DNA of 64,000 bases from NCBI GenBank assembly GCA_012295275.1, contig CM022679.1, positions 1,612,001 through 1,676,000 of the forward strand. The letters are read 5' to 3'. The notes beneath the pieces were generated by a model. That model made no database searches, was not told where the DNA came from, and saw nothing but the letters and a program-made list of their open reading frames with translations. Position 1 is the first letter of the stretch. Each line of letters opens with the position of its first letter. Source of the stretch: Chrysomallon squamiferum. Its lineage: Eukaryota > Animalia > Mollusca. This document shows, in pieces, positions 1 through 25,457 of this stretch. A program made the position numbers and the translations under genes.

Positions 1-69
1 ACATCAGGCCTTGAAATTAACAGAAACAAGTAGCTAAAATGTTCCTCTTTTGCCACCAAAATGTTTTAA

Positions 70-345
70 TATAACTATCAATGTTACCAGCACATTCAAA
101 TTAACTTTACCACCATATTTACTTTCAAGTAAGCAATATTTTCAAATTATCAACACATTCAAATTCATATTACCAACACATTCAGATTAATGTTACCAAC
201 GCATTCAGATTAATATTACCAACACATTCAAATTCAAATTCATGATACCAATACATTCAGATTCATGATACCAACACATTCATATTCATGTTGCCAATAC
301 ATTCAAATTCATATTACCAACACATTCAAATTAATATTACCAACA
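70..345. repeat. ~24-bp degenerate minisatellite (accaacacattcaaattcatatt-like)
   Basis: About 10 tandem imperfect copies of 'ccaacacattca(a/g)att(c/a)at(a/g)(t/a)ta' are visible directly. Confidence 0.85.
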
Positions 346-872
346 GAAATGAATTTATGTTTTCAGGACTTTCTGTCTACCAGTATCTATAACAATGCCT
401 GTTGTTAACATGTATTAACCATGCTTAAAACATATATTTACATCAAACTAATCAGAGTCTATCTGATTTCCCTACAACAATACTAACCACTGATATCTTC
501 CTTCAAAGACAGCCCTGTGAAGCCAAATTTATTAAATTTAACTATTTCAGTCAAAAAACAAACAAACAAATAAAAAAAAAAATTTTAATTAAAAAAAAAA
601 ATGAAATAAATAAAACAACTTTTTTTTTTTTTTTTTTTTTGCTAAGTAACATCTGATTTGTACTAATCTTTGATTTGATGCGCTAGTGTTTTACAAGGAT
701 GGGCAAAAAAACAACTTGTATATATATGGAATCTGTTAGTGCCTGTGGCAGGAACTCTGACTAATACTAGATAATGGTAATGTCTTCACACTCTCTCCTC
801 ATTGATTGCTACCCACACCAAGTGTGATTGGAGGCTGCTGGCTAGGACTGGAAGTGGGTGAAAGTGAGCAGG

Positions 873-881
873 TATTTAAAA
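873..881 (+). promoter_or_regulatory. TATA-like box of the small secreted-peptide gene
   Basis: TATTTAAAA lies 65 bp upstream of the ATG at 938 (context caaacATG), leaving room for a start site near 900-905 and a short 5'UTR. Confidence 0.55.
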
Positions 882-937
882 GGACACTGCACATTCAAGT
901 GACACTCTGATACCAGCAGGAGGTGTATTACTCAAAC

Positions 938-1146
938 ATGAAAGTTCTGCTAGGATTCATGTTGCTGTCTGCCTGTCTGTGTGTACAGGGTAAGTGTTTG
1001 CTTTATTAGTTATTTATTTATTTATTTATTTATTATCACTACATACGTATCATGTTATAAAATCAGAGAAAAAGATATTTGTTGTTGTGGTGTCTGATGT
1101 TGCTGTTTTTATTACTATTATTAATATTATTACTACTACTACTGCA

Positions 1147-1190
<44 letters not shown>

Positions 1191-4100
1191 GATTATGATT
1201 ATTATTATTATTAATTGTAAAGAAATGTTGTCTTTAATTATATATATTATCATAATTTTGAAGTATCTGAATAGTTTTTAAAACAATAACAAAATAATAA
1301 TTAAATAAAATATATTTATCATAAACTACCTCTTACACTATCAATATTTAAGAACAGCTAACATGTTATTTAGTTTAATTATTTTCACATACAGACTACA
1401 TTGAACTATTTATTTTCTATAATAACATCAACAGTAATAATTACAAATCAATATTTCCCAAGCCTTTCTTGAACAACAATAAGATATATAAATTCTTAAA
1501 AATAATTTTTATAATAAATATATAAATTAAAAAAATTAAAAAAATTAAAAAAATAAATAAATAAAACAAAACAGAACAAAAAGAAATCTAAATAAATAAA
1601 TAAAATAACTAAACAGAACAAAAAGAAACCTATATAAATAGTAAAATATAAATATAATGATTATACCAAATGACAAGCAATAAGTATGTGTAAAAATTAT
1701 GATTTTTATTTTTTTCTAGAACGGTTCAGTTATTTAATAATTAGTTTAAATATATCCTTTTTAAAGTTATTAATATTTGTAAACCATTTTTACACTTTTG
1801 CAAACTGTTCAATCATCTGTGCAAGAATTTTTTATTTTTTTTTTTATTTTTTTTTTTTAACCAAATGTACAAGTTTAAATTATTTTCTGTATAGCTTACT
1901 TGCTAAGAGGTTTCCAATTCCAGCAGATCACACATCAGAAGCTGATAGCAGATTAATCAGGTTTGTTACAGAGTCAGGAGAAGTTACACTTGGGGATTTA
2001 CAAACCTAAATACATTACAGACACTCTGCATTTAGACGTCCTTAATTAATTTATGTCTTCAAAAAGACAGAAAGTTCAATTTGCTGCTTAAACACAAGTA
2101 GCCGCTGTCACTGCTTGACTGTAATTAGTGTAAGGAACTGTTTCCTCAAATATTCCTCAAGTAAATTAGTCACCTGTCTGCCATGCTATCTATTCATCTT
2201 CATATATCTCTCCATCTATTTTTTCTATTGTATATCTGTCTATCTGTCTATATGTCTGTCTATTTTTCTATTCATCTATCTATATCTCTCTATCTATCCA
2301 TCTGTCTCACCGTCTGTCTATATATCTCAGTCCATCTATCTCTCCCAGTGTCTATCTATCTAGCTGTCTATATATCTTCTTGTCTTTCTATCCATTCATC
2401 TATTTCTTCCCTAGTCTTTATATATATATCCCTTTGTCCATCTATCTATATTCATCTATGTTTTTATCCATCTATATCTCTTCTCTGTATGTCTATCTAT
2501 CCATCTGTCTACATCTCTCACTCAGTCCAGGTATCTATCCATCCATCTATGTATCTTCCTCTCTCTCTATCATTATCTATTCATCCATCTATGTACCTTC
2601 CTCTCTCTCTATCATTATCTATTCATCCATCTATGTACCTTCCTCTCTCTCTATCATTATCTATTCATCCATCTATGTACCTTCCTCTCTCTCTATCATT
2701 ACCTATTCATCCATCTATGTATCTTCCTCTCTCTCTATCATTATCTATTCATCCATCTATGTATCTTCCTCTCTCTCTATCATTATCTATTCATCCATCT
2801 ATGTATCTTGCTCTCACCTTCTGTCTATATCTCTCTATCATTATCTATTCATCCATACATCTATGTATCTTGCTCTCTCCATCTGTCTATATCTCTCTCT
2901 CTGTCCAGTATCTGTTCATCCATACATCCACATATCCATTAAGCCATCTGTGCATCCTGCATCAATAAATGTTTATACCTTGGTTTTGTTTTTAATTTTA
3001 TTGTACTTTATTTATTTATTTATTTTATGTTTTATTATTTTATTTATATTATTATTATTTTTTTTTTTTAAACTATATCCTATAATTAACAAACGTTTAC
3101 AGTTTAAAGTTGTGTTTATAACAATAAATTGTTTTGTACATATATATTTTTTTTTATAAAGTAAATTCAGGGACTTTCTAAAATTTCAGTTACCAAAGCC
3201 TTTGATAACCCAGGTCTGGGAAACAGCATCATGTACAAACCATTAAAGACTTGATCCTTGAACATCACATTTCAAACAAGAACTTAACCAAACTACAGAG
3301 TAGCCACATTCTATCAACTTTAATACTTTTTTATAAAATCAATTTCATAATCTGTTTTGTGTTTAAACAATCAATTCTGATCATCTGTACGTGTTTATTA
3401 ATATCTGATAATCAAATCTTAATATATGGACATGTTGAAAAAACTTATTTGATAATCTGTATCTGTTTTCAAAAAAAATCAGTTGTGTTCATCTTTACAT
3501 GTTAAATGAAATCAGCTGTGTACACTAAAATGACTAGCATCAAGACAGATAAGCACTGACAAAATTCCACACCTTAAAACAATTCTGTCACAAAGTGCAA
3601 ACAGTTCCTCCATCATCTTTCTCAGCGAACAGCTGAAACAAGCGAAGACTGAAAGAAATATCCATCACTTGATAAGCAGCTTAACCTTTTTAACAAGAAA
3701 TCCTCAGCTCAGCAGACTGTGAGAGGTGAAATATAACTGTTCTTACTTCCTTTGTGAGATAATCCGTGTATTACATATCAGTCTGTTATCACACAGGTTT
3801 ATTCAGATGTACAGATCATCACTGACACAAAACATTAAACAAATACTAAAACATGACAGTGATGTACAGTTTTCAGATGACTGCTTGTAATATCGTCACT
3901 GATACAAAATATTAGAACAACTTATGTATAGTTGTGTATTCAGATGAATACACACAGTGTCACAAATACAAAAGAACATGACAGTGATGTATAGTTGTGT
4001 ATCTGGATGTAGCATCATCAATGACACAAATATAATTTAACAATGGCAAAACGTTGTGTATTCAGCTGTATACACAAAGTAACAAATCTGTCAAATTGAT

Positions 4101-7100
4101 CAAACTTTCTGACAAAGATGCACAGTTCTTAAGTCACCTGAGTACACAAACATAGTCACAAATAACAAACACTAACAGTTTATAAACTCGAAAACATTTT
4201 TTAGAGATATATAAATAGAAATATCAAAACCCTAACAATAATTTATAAACTTTTTTAACCTGAAAACCATCTGAACAAACATTTGGCAGCAATATAGACA
4301 CAAACAACAAAATACTGACATGAATTTATAAACTTTTTGTTTTCACTTTAAAACCATCTGAAATATTTTGCAGGGATTTAGACACAAATAATAAAACCCC
4401 GACAATAATTTATAAACTTTTTTCACTTAAAAAACATCTGAACAAACATTTGGCAGAGATACAGACACAAACAACAAAATACTGACAATAATTTATAAGC
4501 CTGTAGTCACTTGGATGCACAAATAACCTTCATACCATTCTACTAATATAACTGTCTGCAGTACTGACAAAACAAGACTGTCCTGTACTAAGTAAAGTAC
4601 AGTGTTGTGACAAAACTGACCGACAAGATAATAGTAATTAATCCACCTCATCAGATCCAAACAAAATTTAGTTCTTTTACACTGTGACCCAAGTGTTTCA
4701 AACGACGGCAATATTTTATAGAAAACGTGACATGAAGATTAGAAAATTAATAAATAATCATGTATGCTACATAATTAAATCTGTCCAGTGTCTCAGTAAA
4801 TGAAAGATTTTAATGAAAATGGCTCCTGCATAACTGAGTAATATTTGACATTTAAATCTCAGATGGAGGAGGGAAATTTAGACTAATGTAACTTTGAGTG
4901 TAAATTTGTAAATTTGATTTAGTATTTTGTGTAAGTTGTAAGTAAGAGTTATACAGATAGACCATTGTAATGTAACTTTGACTGTATCTAAGTAATTTGT
5001 ATATTTGATAAACTGATGAGGAAACACAGGCTAATTTAGACAGTAACTGAATATGATTAAGTCCACTAATTTGTACATTTGATTGTGATTTTGTCAAATA
5101 CTTGATGATGTTTTATAAATTCCAAAATTTGATGTATTAGTAGTTTCTATTTTCAATGTAATTTAGAAAGTTTTTTGATGCTGTTATTCTGGTTGTTCTG
5201 GTTTTATTTGTTGGTTTTGGGGAGATTTTGGGTGTTATTTTGTTATTTTGTCATTTTTATTTTTGTTATTTTGTTGTTGTTTTTTTCACTAAAAGCATTT
5301 CTGGAGTGGAATGATTAATTTTCCATAATAAATTAAAATTGCTGACATCTGATCGTATGAGAAAATAAATCTTCTTCATTTTTCAATTTAGCAGAAATGA
5401 ATTGTTTATATGTACCAATACAAAAACAGAATCTACTGATCCTACAAGAACTTCTGAAGCAGCAGGAAGGAAATATATCTTCTCACAAACAGCAAGTCAC
5501 CTGTAATTTGGTATTTCATACTGAGGCTTGGTACAAAATGAGTCCTGCAGACATTTGTTCCCATAACCCAACATGTTCAAGTACAAAAGTCAATCAAATA
5601 AATGAAACAAATTTAGTATATTTTAACAAAGTTTTTCTTAAATATAAAAAAGATGCATGAACCGTATGTTAAAAACCATAACAAACAGGTGAATAGTAAT
5701 ACTAATAAATACATTTTTAAAATTATTTTTTAAAAATAAACAAATAGATTAATCAATTTGAAAATAAAATATTAATAAAATTACTTCCTGGAAACAGTCT
5801 AATATATATCCCTAGATATTTGTTTTCCTCTAAATACCTGTCTTGAAAACTGCAAATGAATGTTGCAGTACAATTTCACTTCTGTATCTCACTTTTTTTC
5901 TGTTAATATTTCCTCAAACATATTAAATTGAAAAAAACACAAACAAAAAATATATATGCCAATAATGGAATTTTTTAATTAATTAATCAAATTTAATTAA
6001 ATAAATCAAAAATAAAAACTTCCTTTAAAAAAAGGAAATGCAGTATTTTTTGTAAGGTTATATCAAAGAAACAAGTTAATCTATTTCTTTTAACAAATAA
6101 ATTTTAGTCTTATTTTTTTTTTTTCTTTCTTTCTCAATACTTTGAGTAGGTTTGTGAGAAAAACTCAGATACTGGAAAATGTCCATGATGCAGAATAATC
6201 TGAAAGTCTTAAAGTATCAGTGAATTCATTTATCTGTTCACACAAGTGACTTAATTCTGTGAAGACAGAGAAAATCAATTATTTTGAATAGTTGTTAATT
6301 TCATTATCATTTATTTGTTCAATATACTACAATGCAGTTTGGTTTCACCTCTTTGAAACAATCATATTATAAATAAAATAATATTATACAAAAGTACAGG
6401 TTGATTTAAGATAATTAAAACTGGATATGTAAGTCTGTGAAGTCAGAGAAAATCAAATAGTTTAGAATAGTGGCTAATTTCATGTTATCTTGACATGTTT
6501 GCTCAGAATACTGTAAGTAAATACATGATTTAGTTTCCCTTTTGATACATACAAAATTTAAGTAATATTAATATAAAAACAACAGTTTTATACTGAACTT
6601 AAGATAAATAAAACTATGTCTGCAATAAGAATAGATCAACTGGCTAATTATTAATGTGATGTATAGCTAAAATGAACAAAATTTCACAAACTGAAAAGAC
6701 ATAAATATATTGTTTGCTATGCTTAACATGAAAAAGTAAGAAATCAAAATGGCCGTGTCATTGATGATGTAAATGGTAACAAAAGTGAAAACTTCCAGAT
6801 GTGAGGATTTATTTTATTTTCAGCTGCAGTGAAAAGATTCTTGTCGTCATTAATCTTTGTAAAGATAAACTGAACATGGAAAAAGCTAATGTAGGATTTA
6901 AACACAAAATATGTCTTAGGAACTGCCTAGGAAAATCATCAATTTGAAATGCTGTGTCATTTGTAATCAGAGAAGAGTGAATAATTCCAAATCATCTGAT
7001 GCTGAACATTTGTAAAGCTGATCAAACAACTTCTTATAAATTAGATTTGTTTAAATTACTGCAGAACATTTATTTTCTGCCACTAGCTGTTGCACATCAA

Positions 7101-8849
7101 ACATCTGATATTGAGACTTTGGTGGATGTTTGAGTTTTTTCTGCTTTTGTAACAATTTGTTTTTACAGGCAATATTCATACACAGCAGTGTTTAGAGCTT
7201 TTGAAGTACTTCAAATAAAATCAGAGAGATACTATATCACCAGTAGATTTCTTTAAAACAAATAAATCAAGAAATAAGTAAATAAATAACTGAATAAGAA
7301 AGTAAATTAAAAAAACTCAAATTAAATAAACCAAAATACATAATCAATTAATTAAAATTTAAAACAATTTTTAACTTTTACTATTTTTATTAACATATTC
7401 CAAACAAAATTCTCATAATTAATATCTTTATGTGATGTTGTAACTACACAGTAACAAGTATGTATAAATAATGTCTAGAAATAGTAAGTTATTTCTTTTA
7501 TTTCTAATAAAGCTCTTGATTTCTCATACTTGTTACATCAAATGATGCAGTGAGAGAAACACAGGTGATAAATACAAGTGTTATGAAACAAGTGACAAAT
7601 ACGAGACATTAACTCAGTTATTCTGGACACAGATTATAAAACAGCTGCATTTATTATTTTAGGGGCATCAACCCATTTGTTGAATTCATCAATATGTCAG
7701 ACAAATAAGCTCATCAAAACATTTGTTGAGTGAACTCATCAGCACATCAACTGAGAATTCATCAACACATCAACTGAAAGAGCTCACCAGCACATTTTCT
7801 GAATACATCCATCAATCCATCTGTTGAGCTAACTTATCAACGTAATCATGAAGTATTGTGGAATGTTGTATTCTCTGATTATTTAAATGTTTCTGTCTTG
7901 TTTCAGCATACAGATTCTACGGGCCGATAGACCTGATAGAGCCACGAGACACGAGATGGCAGAGAGTGATCAAAAACAACCACCAAAGTAAGACACCAGT
8001 CTAACTCTTACAACATCTCAGTGTATTGAAATAACAAAGAATAGCAGACAACAAACACATTTACCACAGTACAAACCTGATGTTACATAGGCTACTCTCC
8101 TTAGTTAGCAAGAAATGATTAGTTATCTGTACCTCCCCACAGATGTGGAAAAAAAATACTGGCTTTGATAAACCAACTAACTGTAGGGCAGGATACACTG
8201 TTCTTGTTTTAAACTCAAAAAAGAACAAAAAGAATAGATTAGAGGGAAAAAAAGGAATAAATCTGAAATAATGATTTTATATACTGATAAAATAAAACTG
8301 ATTAAGAAAACAGTATTGGCAGAGAGAATCACCTTTAAAAGAGTATGCTATCTGTTAATTTTTTCTAAACACAGATGCTGTTGTAAGAGCAAAGTATAGA
8401 ATAAAGTGCAAGGTATTTTGCTATGTCAACAATAGGTGCATATTTCTTCATTCTGTGTGTGTGTGTGTGTGTGTGCGTGTGTGTGTGATATTCCTTGATC
8501 TCCTGACTACCTTCAGTGACCACTATGATGGTCACAATTGTGACTGTAAACTTTAGAGATGATGGTAAACTGAACTGTGATAGATAATCTGGTGTATTCA
8601 AGTACATAAGTGTTATGTGTAGTTCAGATATTTGCTGTTAGATACCCTCCCATCCCAAAAGATTAAATAATATTTACATGTTATCTGATTTTGAAAACTG
8701 AGCAATGATTTAAAAATTCTTATTTTTCAGATTTATATCATAAAGATTCAAAGTTTGACCCGCTGAAGCCCCCTGTCACTGACCACACTGACCCAGCTTA
8801 CGTTCAGGACCTTGTGAAATACCTGTGGGAAATTGGCAAGAGGAGATAA
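938..8849 (+). CDS. Small secreted neuropeptide-like precursor (83 aa, 3 exons), antisense within a TRAF7 intron
   Basis: Exons 938-989 (G|gtaagt), 7907-7987 (tttcag|...A|gtaaga) and 8731-8849 (ttttcag|...TAA) are all phase-1 compatible. Product: MKVLLGFMLLSACLCVQA-YRFYGPIDLIEPRDTRWQRVIKNNHQNLYHKDSKFDPLKPPVTDHTDPAYVQDLVKYLWEI-GKRR*. It has a signal peptide, a C-terminal amidation/dibasic signal, an upstream TATA-like box and a downstream AATAAA at 8943. Confidence 0.75.
1120..1213. repeat. (ATT)n/(ACT)n microsatellite
   Basis: Seen directly; explains the poly-Ile ORFs 994-1281 and 1050-1253. Confidence 0.9.
2180..2960. repeat. TCTA-rich low-complexity satellite with a 42-bp core repeat
   Basis: About 6 near-perfect copies of atccatctatgta(t/c)cttcctctctctctatcattatctattc at ~2535-2810 inside TCTA/TCCA-rich DNA; explains the repetitive ORFs 2183-2968 and 2380-3159. 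Confidence 0.9.
4155..4500. repeat. ~90-bp degenerate tandem repeat
   Basis: 'aatttataaacttttt...aaaaccatctgaacaaacatttggcag...gacacaaa...aaaatactgaca' recurs about 4 times. Confidence 0.7.
8070..8195 (+). mobile_element. Degenerate SINE-like fragment
   Basis: 'ataggctactctccttagttagcaag...tacctccccacaga...ggctttgataaacca' resembles, from memory, a conserved central domain of molluscan SINEs; a related stretch lies at ~54670-54790. Not verified by search. Confidence 0.3.
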
Positions 8850-8942
8850 CCAGCTGAAATGTCGTTTCTTAGCAACTGGCTGGAAGGTGTTGTAATGACT
8901 GTGGCAGGATAAGTGGTTTGGTGTTAAATGACAAATATGAAC

Positions 8943-8948
8943 AATAAA
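8943..8948 (+). terminator. Candidate polyadenylation signal of the peptide gene
   Basis: AATAAA about 94 nt after the stop codon at 8847-8849. Confidence 0.45.
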
Positions 8949-9557
8949 AAAAGAATATATAATAATAATAATAATAATTGTCAGCTTATTATATACAGTT
9001 TCCGTTCTAAATAGATGACGGCATATTTAACAAAAAGAAATACTGGTAAGTTTAAGAAACACAGCTGTTTATAAAGGGTCTGAAAACAAAATCAGTACAA
9101 AATATGTTTCACAACAGAAACCAACACCAGCAACAGCTACAATAAAAGTATGTTCTTTTTACAATGATTTTTTTCTTATCAACGTAAGATTTGTTCAATC
9201 ACAGCCAATACACCACCATAGCTATTGTCTGTCAAGTTTTTTATTTATTTTTATTTTTTTATTATTTGTGGAATTTTTTATTTTATTTCTTTAATAATAA
9301 TAGTTAATAGTAATAGTAATAAGAACTACAACAATAACAACTACTACTACTACTACTACTAGCACTAAAAAACTAGTACTATTATTATTAGAATTTCTTT
9401 TTTTCCAATGTAATAAAAAATAAAAAAACCTGCAACACATAGCTGTAGTTAAGTATCTGAAACAGTGATCAGTTTACAACAGAGCTAATTATTATGGACT
9501 CAAGTCAACATAAAAGCAGACTGAAGAGTTCCAGTCAAGAGAAGATAACTCACTTAC

Positions 9558-23202
<13,645 letters not shown>

Positions 23203-24037
23203 GCCGCTAACAAGATTAGCTTGATAGCGTTTATTTACAGTTAATTATCAGTATTGTTATTAACGAAACAAAAACACACACTCTTCGCAAACCGGATATA
23301 TATGTAATAACATGTCATGCAGCAAATAAAATATATGCAATAAACTAATAATAATAATAATAATAATAATATATGTTTTAAATTAGCACTGATACCTGAA
23401 CTGATTTCTTTATTATGTCAGTTATTTTGTTGTGAATTTAATTAAATTTATTTTATTTATTTTTAAGATAGCTAGTATAAATCGTTTGCTCGAGTAAAAG
23501 AATTTCATTTCTGTTAATTTGTATGAAATAGACAGCAATTTTCAATAGCCACTAACCGCAGATTTCATCTAGACTAGGAAACTGTTTAAACTTTAATCAT
23601 ATCCTGTAGGCTGTAACTGTTACTATTGGTAAATGAAAATAAATCGAATTAAACATCCATATCTATGTGTTCTTTTTTGAATCCTGTCTCACTGTTAAGA
23701 TTCAATGGCTACAAATGGCTTTAAAAAACTGTCTTTAAAAAAAAAACGAGCTTGACGATGAGAGAAAAAGAGTTGGGAGTTGCTCGGTTTTCAACTAAAA
23801 TTGCATATATTATCCCATAAAAGCGTATTGTAATTGCTAACAATGTTTTAGCGCATTAAGAGATTGTTTGGCAGATATCTCACCACATTATGCATATATT
23901 TAGTTATTTCAAAGTATTAAATCTGATACAGCTTTATCAGGTATGGTGTTTTATATCACCTTCATGCCATTTACTTCGGAACTGGTACTTAGCGGCCATC
24001 TTTCAATTTCCGGTTTGAGCACGTTGTAGGGGAAAAT
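23203..24037. promoter_or_regulatory. Probable bidirectional promoter of TRAF7 and eIF3d
   Basis: The divergent ATGs are ~835 bp apart. CpG is locally elevated, with a YY1-like GCGGCCATCTT at ~23991-24001 and ETS-like TTCCGG at ~24008 and ACCGGATA at ~23291. Confidence 0.65.
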
Positions 24038-25424
24038 ATGGCTCACTTTGACCCTCCGCAAATTCAAGAAAATCCCAATGGATGGGGCCCGTGTCAAGTT
24101 CCCGAAAAATTCAAGGATATGCCTTACCAACCATTTTCTAAAGACGTTAGATTGGGAAAGGTAACGAAAAACCATCGCTGAATCATTGAAATTTTGTATC
24201 CATATTGTCAAGTTAATCACTCATTCATTGAATTCATTTAGTAACCGGCACTAAGTTACTGATTGGTTTCAGATAAATGTAACTCATTTACTTCTTACCT
24301 TTTGTTAGAAAAAAAAAAGAAGGAAAGGAAAGAAAATTAACTGGCATCATCACTTTTGCAGTCTTGTTCCAGTTTCCAAACATTTCATTTTATTTTTTAA
24401 ACTTCAGTCAGTAGCAGAGAAAACAATGAAATATGTCACTTTATGTGAAATTTCTATTTATAGGAATATAAAAATTGTGTGCGTTTGTGTGTGTGTAAAA
24501 TATGAATTTCCTACAAATATACCTGAAATGGAAAAAAGTTATTTTTATTTTTCTGTCATTTAGCAACATAAACACAAAATGCCTTGTCTGGTTTCAAACC
24601 AATAATAGCAATATACATAAAATTTAAATCAAAATGAATCTTTTAATGAGCTATAGAGTATTTTCCAGCATGAATTAATTGCACTAATTAAAACAAGTAT
24701 GAACAATAACAATAAACAAAACATACTTCCAATCAGGAAATAACAGATCCCAATGCCAAGTCACCAAATATGCCACTAAGTTTGGAGTTCACAACTTTCT
24801 CAGTAATTAACATCTTTTCAGAAAGAAATATTATCTAAAACTGCACTAAACTGGACTGTTATCAGACACAGTAACACTTTAGCAGAAACAGAACCACTAT
24901 GATGGCTACTTCAAATTAAGCATCTGCTATCTCATATATGTGTATGAAATTTGGCAGACTTAAGTAAGTGAAAAAGGCATAGTATTTTAGAATTCTGAAG
25001 AAAAAAATCTTAACTTTGTCAAATTGAATCAGTATACTGTGTTACTGCATTAGTAATTTCAGAACTATTTTTAAATAACAAATCAAAAGATGTGATAATT
25101 ATGCATTATAACAATTAAATAACATCAAATATATAGCATTAATCTTACATTAGAGGTCATGTCAGTTGTGTTTACTTTCTTCAGGTATCTGACTGGACTG
25201 GTGGAACTTATCAGGATAAAAGATACCTAGGTATTTATAACTTTATTCCTTTCTGTGAATAAATACCTGTATTATTTTATGTATGCAGTAAATGAACCAA
25301 CCTACCCCACTCTTTTGAAAAATACAAACCCAAGCACCATATCTTATTCTTTTCAATTTTTGTTTTTCTCTTTTAGAATTTCAAATGTCTAAATAATGGG
25401 TTTTTTAAATTTTTTTTTTTTTTT

Positions 25425-25457
<33 letters not shown>

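Noticed and set aside
1894-1960. Possible extra exon of the peptide gene (tatag|CTTAC...ATCAG|gtttgt)
   Set aside because: In the required phase 1 it reaches TAA after ~20 codons (AYLLRGFQFQQITHQKLIAD*), and its open frame is phase 2. It cannot be excluded as a minor terminal exon but is unsupported.
2115-3159. Long ORFs of 261 and 259 aa
   Set aside because: They are translations of TCTA-rich satellite DNA, open in several frames, with no splice or protein-family support.
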